From the human T2T-CHM13v2.0 reference genome, Homo sapiens: a stretch of 64,000 nucleotides of DNA. A program made the translations under genes and the position numbers. The notes beneath the pieces were generated by a model that had not been told where the DNA came from, searched no databases, and saw only the letters and a program-made list of their open reading frames with translations. Below, one piece after another: positions 1-14,687 of the stretch (the first letter of the stretch is position 1; every line of letters begins with the position of its first letter). The stretch is from the NCBI RefSeq assembly GCF_009914755.1, contig NC_060925.1. One strand, 5' to 3'.

Positions 1-396
1 TTTGGTAATTTGTGTGTTTTTAGGAACTTGTCCATTTCATCTTGCTTGAAAAAATCTTTGTTTTACTTTCAAACTGTGTATTTGAACTATTGTCTTTGGG
101 TCTAAAGTCAGTCTCTTGTATGCAACATATATTTGGATCATGTTTTTGTTTCTTCACTATGCCAATTTCTTCTTTTAATTGGCAAACTTAATCTATTTTA
201 TTTTGATTACTGATGATGGACTTTTGCCTTTTTGCGATTTTATTCTATGTCTTGTATCTTTTTTGTTTCTCAATTCCTCCAAAATTGCCTTTTGTGTTTG
301 ATTTTTTTCTAGTGTAACATTTGGATTCCTTCTTCATTTCCTTTTCATTTTTTACTCATTTTTAAAATAGTTACCTGGGAGATTGCAGTTAACAAC

Positions 397-1316
397 TGTT
401 AGGGTCTGAATTGTGTCCCCCCCACCCAAAATTCATGTGTTAAATCTCCAACCCACAGTACCTCAGCTTGTATCTCCCCTTATTCATGGGGAATACATTC
501 CATGACCCCAAGTGGATGCCTGGGGCCACAGATAGTACTGAACCCTATATATACTATGTTTTTTCCCATACATACATATCTATGATGAAGTTTAATTTAT
601 AAATTTGACACAGTAAAAGATGAACAATGACAACTAATGAAATAGAACAATTATAAAAAATATGATGTAATAAAAATTATGTGAATGTGATCTCTATCTC
701 TCAAAATATCTTATTATATATACTGTATTCACCCTTCTTCTTGTGTATGTCGATCTGATAACTGAGTTGTTACTGAGTGACTGATTAGCAGGTAGATTTA
801 TGTCCCAGGTGGGACAGAGCCAGATGGTGCAAGATTTCATGTAACTACTCAAAATAGCATGAAACTTAAAACTTACAAATTGTTTATTTCTAGAATTTTC
901 CATTTAATATTTTTGGACTGCAGTTGACCACAGGTAAATGCAACTGCAGAACATGAAACTATAGAAAAGGGAGGATTACAGTATATTTGGAGATACAGCC
1001 TTTAAAGAGGTGATTAAGTTAAAATAAAGCTATTACAGCAGGCCCTAATCCAATTTGACTTGTGTACTTATAAGAAAAGGAAATTTACAAACACAAAGTG
1101 ACATTAGAGGTGTGTGTATGCACAGAGAAAAGACCACATGAAGACACAGTGAGAAGGCAGTTATCAGCAAGTCAAGGATTGAGGTCTTGAAGAAATCAAA
1201 ACTGCTAACAACTTCATCTTAGACTTTTACTCTTCAGAGTAAAAGAGAAAATAAATTTGTTGTTTAAGTTACCCAGACTGTGGTATTTTGTTGTGGCAGC
1301 CCTAGCAAACACATAA
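397..1316 (+). mobile_element. MLT1B-like ERVL-MaLR solo LTR, split by MER44
   Basis: Starts tgttagggtctgaattgtgtcccc; resumes after 981 with tatttggagatacagcctttaaagaggtgattaag; ends gtggtattttgttgtggcagccctagcaaac, matching the MLT1 layout. Confidence 0.8.
471..981 (-). mobile_element. MER44(B)-like TcMar-Tigger DNA transposon fossil
   Basis: Termini resemble CAGTAGTCCCCCCTTATCC TIRs (tctccccttattc / agaaaagggaggattacag-ta); internal ttgtttatttctagaattttccatttaatatttttggactgcagttgacc is the reverse complement of the MER44 5' region. Confidence 0.75.
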
Positions 1317-3109
1317 CTACCAATCCAGTAGAACTGATACCAACTTCACTTCAATAGCAGACATTAATTCTACTCCTTCCCAGCTCTGTTGCCTGCTTTA
1401 TGTTGTTAGTGTCACAAACTATATCTTTATATATTGTGTACCCATTAATATAGATTCATTATTATTGTTTATGCATTTATTTTTTTAATTATATAGGAAA
1501 AAAAGAGGAGTTACAAATCAAAAATAAAGTAATAGTGGCTTTTATATTTACCTTAACCAGAGATCTTTATTTCTTCAAATGGCTCTGAGTTACTATTTAT
1601 TGTTTTTTTCATTTGAGCCTGAAGCATTTATCCCTTTATTCATACCTTCAGCATTTTCAGTAGGGTAGGTTTCCCAGGGATGAACTATTTAGCTTCTGTT
1701 TATCTGAGAATGCCTTAGTTTCTCCCTCACTTTCATAAGATGGTTTTGCTGCATATAGAATTCTTGGTTGACAGTTTTGGTTTTTAGTTTGTTTCAGCAC
1801 TTTGTATCATCCCATGCCTTCTGGCCTTTGTGCTTTCTGATGAGAATTGACTTTTAATTTTGCTGAGGATCCCTTGTATTGCCTCTCTCCTGCTACTTTC
1901 AAGATTTTGCCTTTGGACATCAATAGTTTGATTATAATGTGTGGATCTCTTTGTGTTTATTTTTCTTTGTGTTTCATGAGTTCTTGGATTTGTATTTTAT
2001 ATCTTTCATTAATTGGAAAATTTGGGGCCAGTATTTCTACCAACATTTTTTTCTACTTTTTCTCTCTTTTCTTCTTCTGGAATTACCATAATGTATAGAT
2101 TGATATGCTTTATGGTATTCCATAGGTCTCTTGGACTCTGTTTACTTATTTTATTCTTTTTTCTTTCTTCTCTTCAAATGGGTAATTTTGGCTTCCCTGT
2201 CTTCAGGTTTGCTCATTCTTTTTTTATCTGCTTAAATCTGCTATTGAATGCCACTGTTGATTTTTATTTCAACTATTTTATTTTTCAGCTCTATAAACTC
2301 TATTTTGTTCCCTTTTATAATTTCTGTATCTTTAATAATAGTTCCTACTTGTTCTTACACCATTTTCCAGTTTCCTCAGACTTGATCTTTGCTGGGGTAG
2401 TTTTTGACTGATTAGCTGGGCCTGCTCTGAGTCTAGTGATCAAGCTTAAGATGAAAGTTTCAATTCATCTCAGGTCTTTGTGCATACATCTTGATGCATA
2501 TGGCTTTCAGAATTCCCCCATATGAATGTCTTAATTTCCCAAAGATTTTACCCAAACTTCTCCCTGAGGCCTTATATGGTCTGTCATATGTTTCTACCTG
2601 TAATCTCTTGCCCTAGGCTTCCACAGGTCTGTAATCTCTCTGAAGAAGTGCCTGCCAATTTTTCTGCCTGACATCTGAGATACATAAAACGAGACCAGAT
2701 ATTCTGGCAAGACAGGTTAAAATATTGCAAATCAGGTTAATTTCAGTGTCAATTCTGACCTTAAGCTTAAAAGTGTATTCTGTTGTCTCTCACTTCTATA
2801 CTCAACCCTGTCCCCAGACACATTACATGCCAGTTTATATACTGTGTTCCTGGATTAGGCACAGATTTTTTTCCACTTTTTCTGGGGGTACTGTTTGTAG
2901 TATTACAATTTTTTAAAAGAATGATTTGTATATTATGGATAATTTTAAGAAGTCAATATTTACTGTTCCTTGCAACTTGCTACCTTTATATAAAATCTTT
3001 TTTTGGTGTGAAAGGTTTCTCCTATAACCTTTTAATAATAAGAATGCAAATAAACTAAATAATTGGTCTATAGTTAATGTCTTTAAAAACTACACTGGAT
3101 TTTTCCCAG

Positions 3110-3325
3110 ATTTCAGAAAGAAAAGGAAAAGTAGATATTTGTGTTTTAAATCCAAAGTGTGTCACTCTCAGTGAACTATATGGACAACTGGATCCTAATA
3201 CTATGGAATGGACTGATGGATTATTATCAGCAACAATTCGAAGTTATGTATATTTTAACACACCAAAGAACACAAAGAAAGACATTGATCTCAGACTAAA
3301 GTCAAGAATCTCAGATTTATCCAAT
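3110..3325 (+). CDS. DNAH14: Axonemal dynein heavy chain exon A (216 nt, phase 0-0): ISERKGKVDICVLNPKCVTLSELYGQLDPNTMEWTDGLLSATIR...SDLSN; AAA2 with H2 insert
   Basis: Acceptor ttttcccag|ATT, donor AAT|gtaagt; LNPK..T..ELYG..D..T.EWTDG is the dynein AAA2 motif. Confidence 0.9.
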
Positions 3326-3822
3326 GTAAGTTTAGTATTGAATGAATGTTTTTATTTAACTAATGTGGATTATTTAATTGCTTATCCAAAGACTGATATT
3401 AAAACATCATTAGACATCTATTAGTGTAAAAGTAAATTTTAAAATCTTATGAATAGTTTTTAAAAAGAGAAAAATTATGTTATTAAAAAATGGAAAATCT
3501 CCCATTGAATTTTTAAATGATCAGTAAATGATAGAATGAAGTTAAAGATATTTGCTTTTAAAGGAGCACAAAGTGAATTAAGTTTGAATGGAAAATGATC
3601 TAGTGATTCCAGCACCACCAAAATACCTTGCAAATTAATGAGACTAAAAAACCCTTTGTTAGAAAAGTGAATAAAGTATTTGATACAAAATTCATCACAG
3701 AATAGATACAAGTGGCAAAAAGGAAAATTTTTATTCTCATTAGCAATAACTAGAGATTGCTGGTAAATATCATTAGATAAAACACATTAACAAAAAGATG
3801 ATGTTTAAAACCAAACAGAGAA

Positions 3823-3955
3823 GCCAGGTGTGGTGGCATACACCTGTAATCCCAGCTCCTCTGGAGGCTGAGGCAGTAGGGTCACTTAAGCCTGGCAGTT
3901 CAAGACCAGCCTGGTCAATATCACAAGACTCTATCTCAAAGAATAAGAATAAATA
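3823..3955 (+). mobile_element. FLAM/Alu left monomer
   Basis: gccaggtgtggtggcatacacctgtaatcccagc...gttcaagaccagcctgg...ctctatctcaaa plus A-rich tail; single arm. Confidence 0.8.
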
Positions 3956-4002
3956 TTAAAACTAAATAGGTTAATAAAGATTTTTTAAATGGGAAAACAA
4001 TA

Positions 4003-6085
4003 CATCATACTGAGTGGGGAAAAGCTGGAAGCATTCCCCTTGAGAACCAGAACAACACAAGGATGCCCACTATCACTACTCCTATTCAGCGTAGTATTGC
4101 AATTCCTAGCCAGAGCAATCAGGCAATAGAAGGAAATAAATGACATCCAGATAAGAAGAGAGGAAGTTAAACTATCTCTGTTTGCAGACAATATGATTCT
4201 ATACCTAGAAAACCCCATAGTCTCTGCCCAAAACCTCCAAATCTCGTAAACAACTCAGCAAAGTTTCAGGATATAAAATCAAGGCACAAAAATTAGTAGC
4301 ACTTCTATACACCAATAATGTCCAAGCTGAGAGCCAAATTAAGAACACAATCTCATTCACCGTAGCCACAAAAAAGTAAAATACCCAGGAATACATCTAA
4401 CCAAGGAGGTGAAAGATGTCTATAATGAGAATAACAAAACAGTACTGAAAGAAATCAGAGATGACACAAACAAATGGAAAAACATTCCATGGTCATGGAT
4501 TGGAAGATTCGATACTGTTAAAATGGCCATACTGCGCAAAGCAATTACAGACTTAATGCTATTCCTATCAACTACCAGTGACATTTTTCACAGAATTAGA
4601 AAAAACTATTATAAAATTCTTAGGAAACAAAAAAGAGCCTGAATGAAGCTGAAGGCATCATGTTACCCAATTTCAAACTATACTACAAGGCTACAGTAAC
4701 CAAAACAACATGATACTTATACAAATGCAGACACATAGACAAGTAGAGCAGAATAGCCCAGAAATAATACTGCACACTTACAACCATCTGATCTTTGACA
4801 AAGTTGACAAAAAGTTGCCAAAGTTTGAAAAAATAAGCAGTGGCAAAAGGACTTCCTGTTCAATACATGATGTTGGGATACCTGGCTAGATGTATGCAGA
4901 AGATTGAAACTGGACCCCTTCCTTTCACGATATACAAAAATCAACTCAAGATAGATTAATGATTTACATGTAAAACTTGAAACTATAGAAGAAACCTAGG
5001 AAAATCATTCTGTATATGTGCCTGGGCAAAGATTTCATGATGAAGACACCAAAAGCAATTGCAATGAAACAAAAATTGATAATTGGGACCTAATTAAAGA
5101 GCTGCTGCACAGAAAAAAAGGCTATCAACAGAATAAGCAGATAACCTATAGAATTGGAGAAAATATTTGCAAACTGTGTATCCGATAAAAATCTAATATC
5201 TGGAATCCATAAGAAACTTAAACAAATTGGCAAGAAAAAAACATCCCCACTAAAAAGTGGGCAAAGGATATGAACAGACACTTCTCCAAAGAAGATATAC
5301 ATTGAACCAATAACCATATGAAAAAATACTCATCATCACTAATTATTAGAAAAATGCAAATGAAAATCACAATGAGATACCATCTCACACCAGTCAGAAT
5401 GGCTATTACAAAAAGTTAAAAAATAACAGATGCTAGCAAGGGTATGGAGAAAAGGGGACACACTGCTTGTGGGAATGTAAATTAGTTCAGCCACTGTGGA
5501 AAGCACAGTGATTTGGTGATTTCTCAAAGAACTTAGAACTACCATTCAATCCAGCCATCCCATTATTGGGCATATATGCCCAAATTAACATAAATCATTC
5601 TACCATAAAGACACATGCATACATATGTTCATCACAGCACTACACAGAATAGCAAAGACATGGAATTAACCTAGATGCCCATCAATGGTAGACTGGATAA
5701 AGAAAATGTGGTACATATACAGCATAGAATACTACAAAGCCGTAAGAATGAGATCATGTCCTTTGCAGCAATATGGATGGAGCCGGAGGCCATTATCCTA
5801 AGCAAACTAACTCAGGAACAGAAAGTCAAATACTACATGTTTTTGCTTATAAATGAGAGCTAAACATTGACTACACATGGATACAAAGATGGGAACAATA
5901 GACACTGGGGCTTACTTGGTGGAGGATGGGAGGATGGAGAGGATCAAAAAACTACCTATTGGATACTAAGCTTATTACCTGGGTAAAAATCTGTATACCA
6001 AACCCCCGAGACACGCAATTTATCTATATAACAACCCTGCACATATACCCCTGAACCTAAAATAAAAGTTAGAAAAAATAAATAA
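4003..6085 (+). mobile_element. 5'-truncated older primate L1 (L1PA15/16-like): RT/C-terminal part of ORF2 and 3'UTR
   Basis: Decayed ORF2 peptides ([21 protein letters not shown]); 3' end cctgaacctaaaataaaagttagaaaaaataaataa. Confidence 0.85.
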
Positions 6086-6412
6086 GGAACTATCAACTAA
6101 GTAAATGAGGAAAAGCTATAAATAGAAAATCGATAGAAAAATTACAGTTGTCATTAAATATATGAATATATGAAAAGATGCTCAGCCCAGCTATTATTCA
6201 AAAAAAAGTTATAACAATGATAGGCACTTTTTTTTCTCATCAGGTTTTCAAACCTTAACAATATTGATAGTGAATATTTTCAGTGTTAGCAAGGATATGT
6301 AGAATGATGGTGGGAGTGTTATTGCCACAAACTTTTGTAAAGTAATCTAATGGAATTTATTAAAAAATAAAATATGTATAACTTTTAACCCACAGTCTCA
6401 CATTTTTAAGAA

Positions 6413-6443
<31 letters not shown>

Positions 6444-8614
6444 TTTCCATAGGTTATTGGGGAACGGGTGGTATTTGGATACATGAGTAAGTTCCTTAGT
6501 GGTGATTTGCGAGATTTTGCTGAACCCATCACCTGAGCAGTATACACTGCACACAATTTGTAGTCTTTTATCTCTCACCCCCTTCCTACCCATTCCCCCT
6601 GGATCCCCAAAGTCCACTGTGTCATTCTTATGCCTTTGCATCCTCATAGCTTAGCTCCCCCTTATAAGTGAGAGCGTATGATGTTTGGTTTTCCATTACT
6701 GAGTTACTTCACTTAGAATAATAGTCTCCAATCTCATGCAGAGCTCTGTGAATGCCATTAATTCATTTTTATGGCTGTAGTATTCCATAGTATACATATA
6801 TATACAACAGTTTCATTATCCACTTGTTGATTGATGGGCATTTGGGTTGGTTTCATGTTTTTGCAATTGTGAATTGGGCTGCCATGAACATGTGTGTGCA
6901 AATACCTTTTTCATGTAATGAGTTCTTTTCCTCTGGGTAGATACCCAGTAGTGGGATTGCTGGATCAAATGGTAGCTCTACTTTAGTTCTTTAAGAAATC
7001 TCCACACTGTTTTCCACAGTGGTTGTACTAGTTTACATTCCCACCAGCAGTGTAGAAGTGTTCCCTGTTCACCACATCCACACCAACATCTTATTTTTGA
7101 TTTTTTGATTATGGCCATTCTTGCAGGAATAAAGTGGTATTGTATTGTGGTTTTGATTTGCATTACCCTGATAATTAGTGATGTTGAGCATTTTTTCATG
7201 TTTGTTGGCCATTTGTATATCTTCTTTTGAGAATTGTCTATTCATATCTTTAGCCCACTTATTGATGGGATTGGTTGTTTTTTTTCTTGCTAATTTGATG
7301 GTATTGTTTAGTTTTTTTCTTGCTAATTCACTTGAGTTTGTTGTAGATTCTGGATATTAGTCCTTCATCAAATGTATAGATTGTGAAGATTTTCTCCCAC
7401 TCTGTGGGTTGTCTGTTTACTCTGCTGACTGTACCTTTTGCTGTGCAAAACTCTTTAATTAAGTCCCAGCTATTTATCTTTGTTTTTGTTGCATTTGCTT
7501 TTGGGTTCTTGGTCATGAAATCCTTGCCTAAGCCAATGTCTAGAAGGGTTTTTTCAATGATATTTTGTAGAATTTTTATGGTTTCAGGTCTTAGATTTAA
7601 GCCCTTGATTCATCTTGAGTTGATTTTTATATAAGGTGAGAGATGAGGATCCAGTTTCATTCTCCTATATGTGGCTTGCCAATTATCCCAGCACCATTTG
7701 TTGAGTAGGGTGTCCTTTCCCCATTTTATGTTTCTATTTGCTTTGTCAAATATCAGTTGACTGTAAGTATTTGGCTTTATTTCTGGATTCTCTATATTTT
7801 TCCATTGGTCTATGTGCCTATTTTTATACCAGTACCATGCTGTTTTGGTGACTATGGCCTTATAGTATAGCCTGAAATCAAGTAATATGGTGCCTCCAAA
7901 TTTGTTATTTTTGCTTAGTCTTGCTTTGGCTATATGGGCTCTTTTTTGGTTCCATATAAATTTTAGGATTGTTTTTTCTAGTTCTGTGAAGAATGATAGT
8001 GGTATTTTGACGGAAATTGTGTTGAATTTGTAGATTGCTTTTTTGGCAGTATGGTCATTTTTACAATATTGATTCTACCCATCCATGAGCATGGAATGTG
8101 TTTCCATTTGTTTGTGTTGTCTGTGATTTCTTTCTGCAGTGTTTTGTAGTTTTCCTTGTCTTTCACCTCCTTCATTAGGTATATTCCTAAGTATTTTATT
8201 TTTTTGCAGCTAGTGTAAAAGGTGTTGAGTTCTTGATTTGATTCTCAGCTTGGTTACTGTTGGTGTATAGAAGAGCTACTGATTTGCGTGCATTAATTCT
8301 GTATTTAGAAACTTTGCTGAATACTTTTATCATTTCTAGGAGCGTTCTGGAGGAGTCTTTAGGGTTTTCTAGGTAAACAATCCTGTCATCAGCAAACAGT
8401 GACAGTTTGACTTCCTCTTTATTGATTTGGATGCCTTTTATTTCTTTCTCTTGTCTGATTGCTCTGGCTAGGATTTCCAGTACTATGTTGAAGAGAAGTG
8501 GTAAGAGTGGGCATCCTTGTCTAGCTCCAGTTCTCAGAAGGAATGTTTTCAACTTTTTCCCACTCACTATTATATTGGTTGCGGGTTTTTCTTAGATGGC
8601 TTTTATTACATTGA

Positions 8615-8930
<316 letters not shown>

Positions 8931-11900
8931 CCTTCTATGCCAATTTTGCTGAGACTTTTAATCATAAAGCAATGCTGGATTTTGTTTAATGCTTTTTCTG
9001 CATCTATTGAGATGATCTTGTGATTTTTGTTTTTAATTCTGTTTATGTGGTGTATCACACTTATTGACTTGCATATGTTAAATCATCCCTGCATCCCTGA
9101 AACCCACTGATCATGGTGGATTACCTTTTTGATATGTTGTTGGATTCAGTTAGCTAGTATTTTGTTAAAGATTCTTGCATCTATGTTCATCAGGAATATT
9201 GGTCTGTAGTTTTCTTTTTTGGTTATGTCCTTTCCTGGTTTTGGTATTAGGGTGATACTGGCTTCATAGAATGATTTAGGGAGGATTCTCTCTTTCTCTA
9301 TCTTGTGGAATAGGGTAATAAGATAGATTGCTACCAATTCTTCTTTGAACGTCTGGTAGAATTCTGCCACGAATCTGTCTAGTCCTGGACTTTTTTTGTT
9401 GGTAATTTTTTCTGTTACCATTTTATTCTCCATGTTTGTTATTGGTCTATACAGGGTATCTAATTCTTCCTTATTTAAGCTAAGAGGGTTGTGTCTTTCT
9501 AGGAATTTATCCATCTCCTCTAGGTTTTCTAGTTTATGCACATAAAAGTGTTCACAGTAACCTTAAATGATCTTTTGTGTTCCTGTGGTGTCAGTTGTAA
9601 TATCTACTGTTTCATTTCCAGTTGAGCTTATTTGGATTTTCTGTCTTCTTTTCTTGGTTAATCTTTCTAATGGTCTATCAATTTTATTTTTTCAGAGAAC
9701 CAGCTTTTTGTTTTATTTATCTTTTGTATATTTTTTGTTTCAATTTCATTTATTTTTGCTCTGATCTCGGTTATTTTCTTTCTTCTGCTAGATTTGGGTT
9801 TGGTTTGTTCTTGTTTCTCTAGTTCCTTGAAGTGTGACCTTAGAAAGTCAGTTTGTGCTCTTTCAGTCTTTTTGATATAAGTGTTTAGGGCTATGAACTT
9901 TCCTCTTAGCACTGCCTTTGCTGTATCCCAGAGGTTTCAATAGGTTGTGTCACTATTTCATTCAGTTCAAAGAATTTTTAAATTTCCATCTTGATTTCAT
10001 TTTGACCCAGTTATCATTCAGGAGCAGGTTATTTAATTTCCATGTATTTGCATGGTTTTGAAGGTTCCTTTTGGACTTGATTTCCAATTTTATTTCCACT
10101 GAGGTCTGAGAGAGTGCTTGATATAATTTCAACTTTCTTAAATCTATTGAGACTTGTTTTGTGGCCTCTCATATTGTCTATCTTGGAGAAATTTCCATGC
10201 ACTGATGAATAGAATGTATATTCTGCAGTTGTTGAGTAGAATGTGCTGTAAATATCTGTTAAGTCCATTTATTACAGGGTATAGTTTAAATTCATTGTTT
10301 GTTGACTTTCTGTCTGATGACCTGTCTAGCACTGTCAGTGGAGTATTGAAGTCCCCCATTATTATTGTGTTGCTGTCTATCTCATTTCTTAGGTCTATTT
10401 GTAATCATTTTATAAATTTGGGAGCTCCAGTGTTGGGCACATATATATTTAGGATTGTGATATTTTCCTGTTGGACAAGGCCTTTTATCATTATATAATG
10501 TCTCTCTGTCTTTTTTAACTGCTGTTGCTTTAAAGTTTGTTTTGTCTGATATAAGAATAGCTACTCCTGCTCATTTTGGGTGTCTATTTGCATGGAATGT
10601 CTTTTTCCACCCCTTTATCTTAAGTTTATGTGAGTCATTATGTGTTAGGTGAGTCTCTTGAAGGCAGCAGATGGTTGGTGAATTCTTATCCATTCTGCAA
10701 TTCTGTGTCTTTTAAGTGGAGCATTTAGGCCATCTACATTCAATGTTAGTATTGAGTTATGAGGTACCATTCCAGTCATCATGCTATTTGTTGCCTGTAT
10801 ACTTGGTTTTTCATTTTTTTGGTTTTTTTAATTGTATTTTTTATAGGTCCTGTGAGATTTATGCTTTAAAGAGGTTCTGTTTTGATGTTTTTCCAGGATT
10901 TGTTTCAAGATTTAGAGCTCCTTTTAGCAGTTCTTGTAGTGCTGGCTTGGTAGTGGTGAATTCTCTCAGCGTTTGTTTGTCTGTATCTGCATTTGTTTGT
11001 TTGACTGTATCTGTCCTTCATTTATGAAGCTTAGTTTCACTGGATACAAAATTCTTGGCTGATAATTGTTTTGTTTAAGGAGGCTGAAACTAGGGCCCCA
11101 ATTCCTTCTAGCTAGTAGGGTTTCTGCTGAGAAATCTGCTGTTAATCTGATAGGTTTTCCTTTATAGGTTACCTGGTTCTTTTGCCTCACAGCTCTTAAG
11201 ATCCTTTCCTTTGTCTTAACTTTAGATATCCTGATGACAGTGTGCCTACGCGATGATCTTTTTGCAATGAATTTCCCAGGTGTTCATCGAGCTTCTTGTA
11301 TTTAAATGTCTAGGTCTCTAGTAAGGCTGGTGAAGTTTTCCTCGATTATTCCCCCAAATATGTTATCCAAACTTTTAGATTTCTTTTCTTCCTTAAGAAC
11401 ACCAATTATTCTTAGGTTTGGTCATTTAACATAATCCCAGACTTCTTGGAGGCTTTGTTTATATTTTCTTCTTATTATTATTATTATTTTGTCTTTGTTG
11501 GATTGGGTTAATTTGAAAACCTTGTCTTCGAGGTCTGAAGTTCTCCCTTCTGCTTGTTCAATTCTATTGCTGAGATTTTCCAGAGAATTTTGCATTTCTA
11601 TAAGTGCATCCACTGTTTCCTGAAGTTTCTATTGTTTTTTATTTATGCTATCTATTTCATTAAAAATGTATCCCCTCATTTCTTGTGTTATTTTTTGACT
11701 TCCTTAAATTGGGCTTCACCTTTCTCTGGTGCCTCCCTGATTAGCTAAACAACTAACCTTCTGAATTCTTTTTCAGGTAAATCAGGGATTTCGTCTTGGT
11801 TTAGATTCATTGCTGGTGAGCTAGTGTGGTTTTTGGGGGCTGCTAAAGAACCTTGTTTTCTCATACTAACAGAGTTGGTTTTCTGGTTCTTTCTCATTTG

Positions 11901-12193
11901 GGTAGGCTCTGTCAGAGGGAAGGTCTAGGACTCAAGACTGTTGTTCACATTCTTTTGTCCCACAGGGTATTCCCTTAATGTAGTACTCTCCCCCTTTTCC
12001 TAGGGATGTGGCTTGCTGAGAGCCAAGCTGTAGAGATTGTTATCTCTTTTCTGAGTCTAGCCAGCCAGGAAGTCTACCAGGCTCCAGGCTGGTACCGGGG
12101 GTTGTCTGCACAGAGTCCTGTGTTGTGAACCATCTATGGGTCTCTCAGCCACGGGTAGCAGCAGCTGCTTCAGTGGAAGTGGCAAGGGGATAA

Positions 12194-12746
<553 letters not shown>

Positions 12747-14038
12747 TGAGCTCAGACTCTCCTTGGGCGGGTCTTGCTGTGGCTGCTGTGGGGGATAGGA
12801 GTATGGTTCCCAGATCAATGGAGTTATGTTCCTAGGAGGATTATGGCTGCCTCTACTGTGTCATGCAGGTTGTCAGGGAAGTGGGGGAAAGCCAGCAGTC
12901 ACAGGCCTCACCCAGCTCCCACACAACCCAAAGGGCTAGTCTCACTCCCACTGTGTCCCCGCAATAGCACCGGGTCTGTTTCCAGGCAGAGGGTGAGCAG
13001 GGCTGAGAACTTGCCCCGGCTACCCATCTCCCAGCTGCAAAAGCAAGTAGGGCTTTCATGCTTCCTCCGCCTATGGAGTCTGCACACTGGATTCACGCCC
13101 TTCCCTGAGTTCTGACCAGGAGACTTCTCAATCAGTTCAAATTGTTACAAAGTTGAGCTAGAGGTTTTCTTCTCCCTGTGGCCTTTTCTCAATGCCTCTG
13201 TCAGCCCCCAGCAAGGACCCCTGTGAGGCAAGGCAGAAATGGCTTGCTAGGGGACCCAGTGAGCCCACAGTGCTTTTCCTGCTGCTTCCTCTACCCCTGT
13301 ATTTTGCTCAGCTATCTAAGTTGACTAAGCTCCAGGTAAGGTCACACAACTCATGCAGATCTTCTTTCATGATCTAGACCTTCAGGTTCCCTAGTGAGGG
13401 TGTGTGTTTGGGGGTGGATGATCCCCCTTTGCCACTTCCACAGTTTGGACACTCTCAGTATTTCGGCTGTCTCCCCAGTCCTGCAGGAGCAATCCACTTT
13501 CTTTAGAGGGTCTGTGGGTTCTCTCGGCTTTCCTGATTTATTCTTGCAGTCATTCTGGAGCAAAAGTTCATGATGTGAGCCTCCACATGCTTCTCTGTCC
13601 ATCCAAGTAGGAGCTGCAATCTAGTCCTGCCTCCATCTGCCATGTTCTCTGCAAGTCAAAACAATCTATTTAGAGAAAGAAATGCACTAGAGCATAATGA
13701 TGTATATCCAAGCATAATAATTACTTTTGTAATAGGAATAATAATTGGAAATAGCCTAGGACTTGCTTACTTTGTGATGAGGGTGGGAATTAGTAGGAAT
13801 TGATTACTATTTGCTGGGACCTGGTTGAAACATGAGCACCTTTGTCTCTCTCTTTTAGAACCTACACTGTGCCCCCAGCATAGCTCTATTATTTGGTTTT
13901 CTCCCTGACTACTATTGATAGTTAAGGAAACCAGTGCCAATAAGCTGATGATATATTACTCAGCTCTTTTACAGAGATGAATAATTAAGCCTCCCCATCT
14001 CAAGATAATAAGGAGTTAATATGTTAATATACATACAT

Positions 14039-14232
14039 CAGAATTTCTCAAAGGTTGGTGTAAAAATGACATGTATTAGAATAACTCAGGATAATTTAAT
14101 TTTCATTAAAAGTGAAAAATTCTGGGCTTCATCCCAAACCTATTCAATTAGAATCTCCAAGGATGAGGTGTTACAATCTGTAATTTAACAAACTGCAGGT
14201 AATTCTATGTATTCTAAAACTTGAGAACTGAT
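14039..14232. mobile_element. MER5-like hAT-Charlie fossil
   Basis: cagaatttctcaaag...aaattctgggcttcatcccaaacctattcaattagaatct...aaacttgagaactg, with degenerate terminal inverted repeats. Confidence 0.55.
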
Positions 14233-14596
14233 ATGAAGGAAAGTCTAGAAAAAAAAATACACCAAAATATGTATGGTGATTGTCTGTGGGTAATGGAAAT
14301 TCAAAGAACTTTTGCTTTCTTGTGTTTTTCTGTTTTATTTGACATCCTACAATAAGCATGTACTGTCTTTGCAGGGGGAAAAAAGAAACCAAAGTAAAAT
14401 AGTTTTCCAAAGTAAATAAGCTATAGTCACAAGTCAGTTACATTAGACTATGCTGGTTATATGTTGGTCTTTTCAGTTACAGAACCCTCTGCCTTTTATA
14501 TTTTTATCACTCAAGAAAGCATATTGACATATAATCCATTGTAGTTGAAAAGTGTTATTAAATAAAAATTTAAACATTATTGATTACATATTTTAG

Positions 14597-14687
14597 GTTT
14601 TCAAACTTGATTCCTCTGATACAACAGAGACTGATGATAATATTTTTGAGGAGATAGAGAAAGTTGTTAAAATTCCAGAAAATCACA
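14597..14687 (+). CDS. DNAH14: Dynein heavy chain exon B (91 nt, phase 0-1): VFKLDSSDTTETDDNIFEEIEKVVKIPENH; acidic insert
   Basis: Acceptor attttag|GTT, donor CACA|gtaagt; stop-free; needed to link phase 0 of exon A to phase 1 of exon C; too short for the ORF track. Confidence 0.85.

Larger units (their letters stand above)
1..2720 (-). mobile_element. Old, degraded L1M fragments (antisense), interrupted by MLT1 LTR/MER44
   Basis: T-rich decayed L1 ORF1-type sequence, e.g. tttatctgagaatgccttagtttctccctcactttc...tatagaattcttggttgacag at ~1700-1775; boundaries approximate. Confidence 0.55.

Noticed and set aside
1847-3058. Hydrophobic F/L-rich ORFs resembling membrane proteins
   Set aside because: A by-product of T-rich decayed antisense L1 and intron sequence; no family motif or splice support.
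3111-3117. Alternative acceptor tttcag|aaag 7 nt inside exon A
   Set aside because: Differs in frame from the 3110 acceptor, which has the better pyrimidine tract; cannot be fully excluded because the upstream exon is outside the window.
3077-3424. ORF-track starts and stops for the dynein fragments (also 16420, 17460, 51074, 62690)
   Set aside because: They run into intron; the real boundaries are the splice sites, whose phases match across all seven exons.
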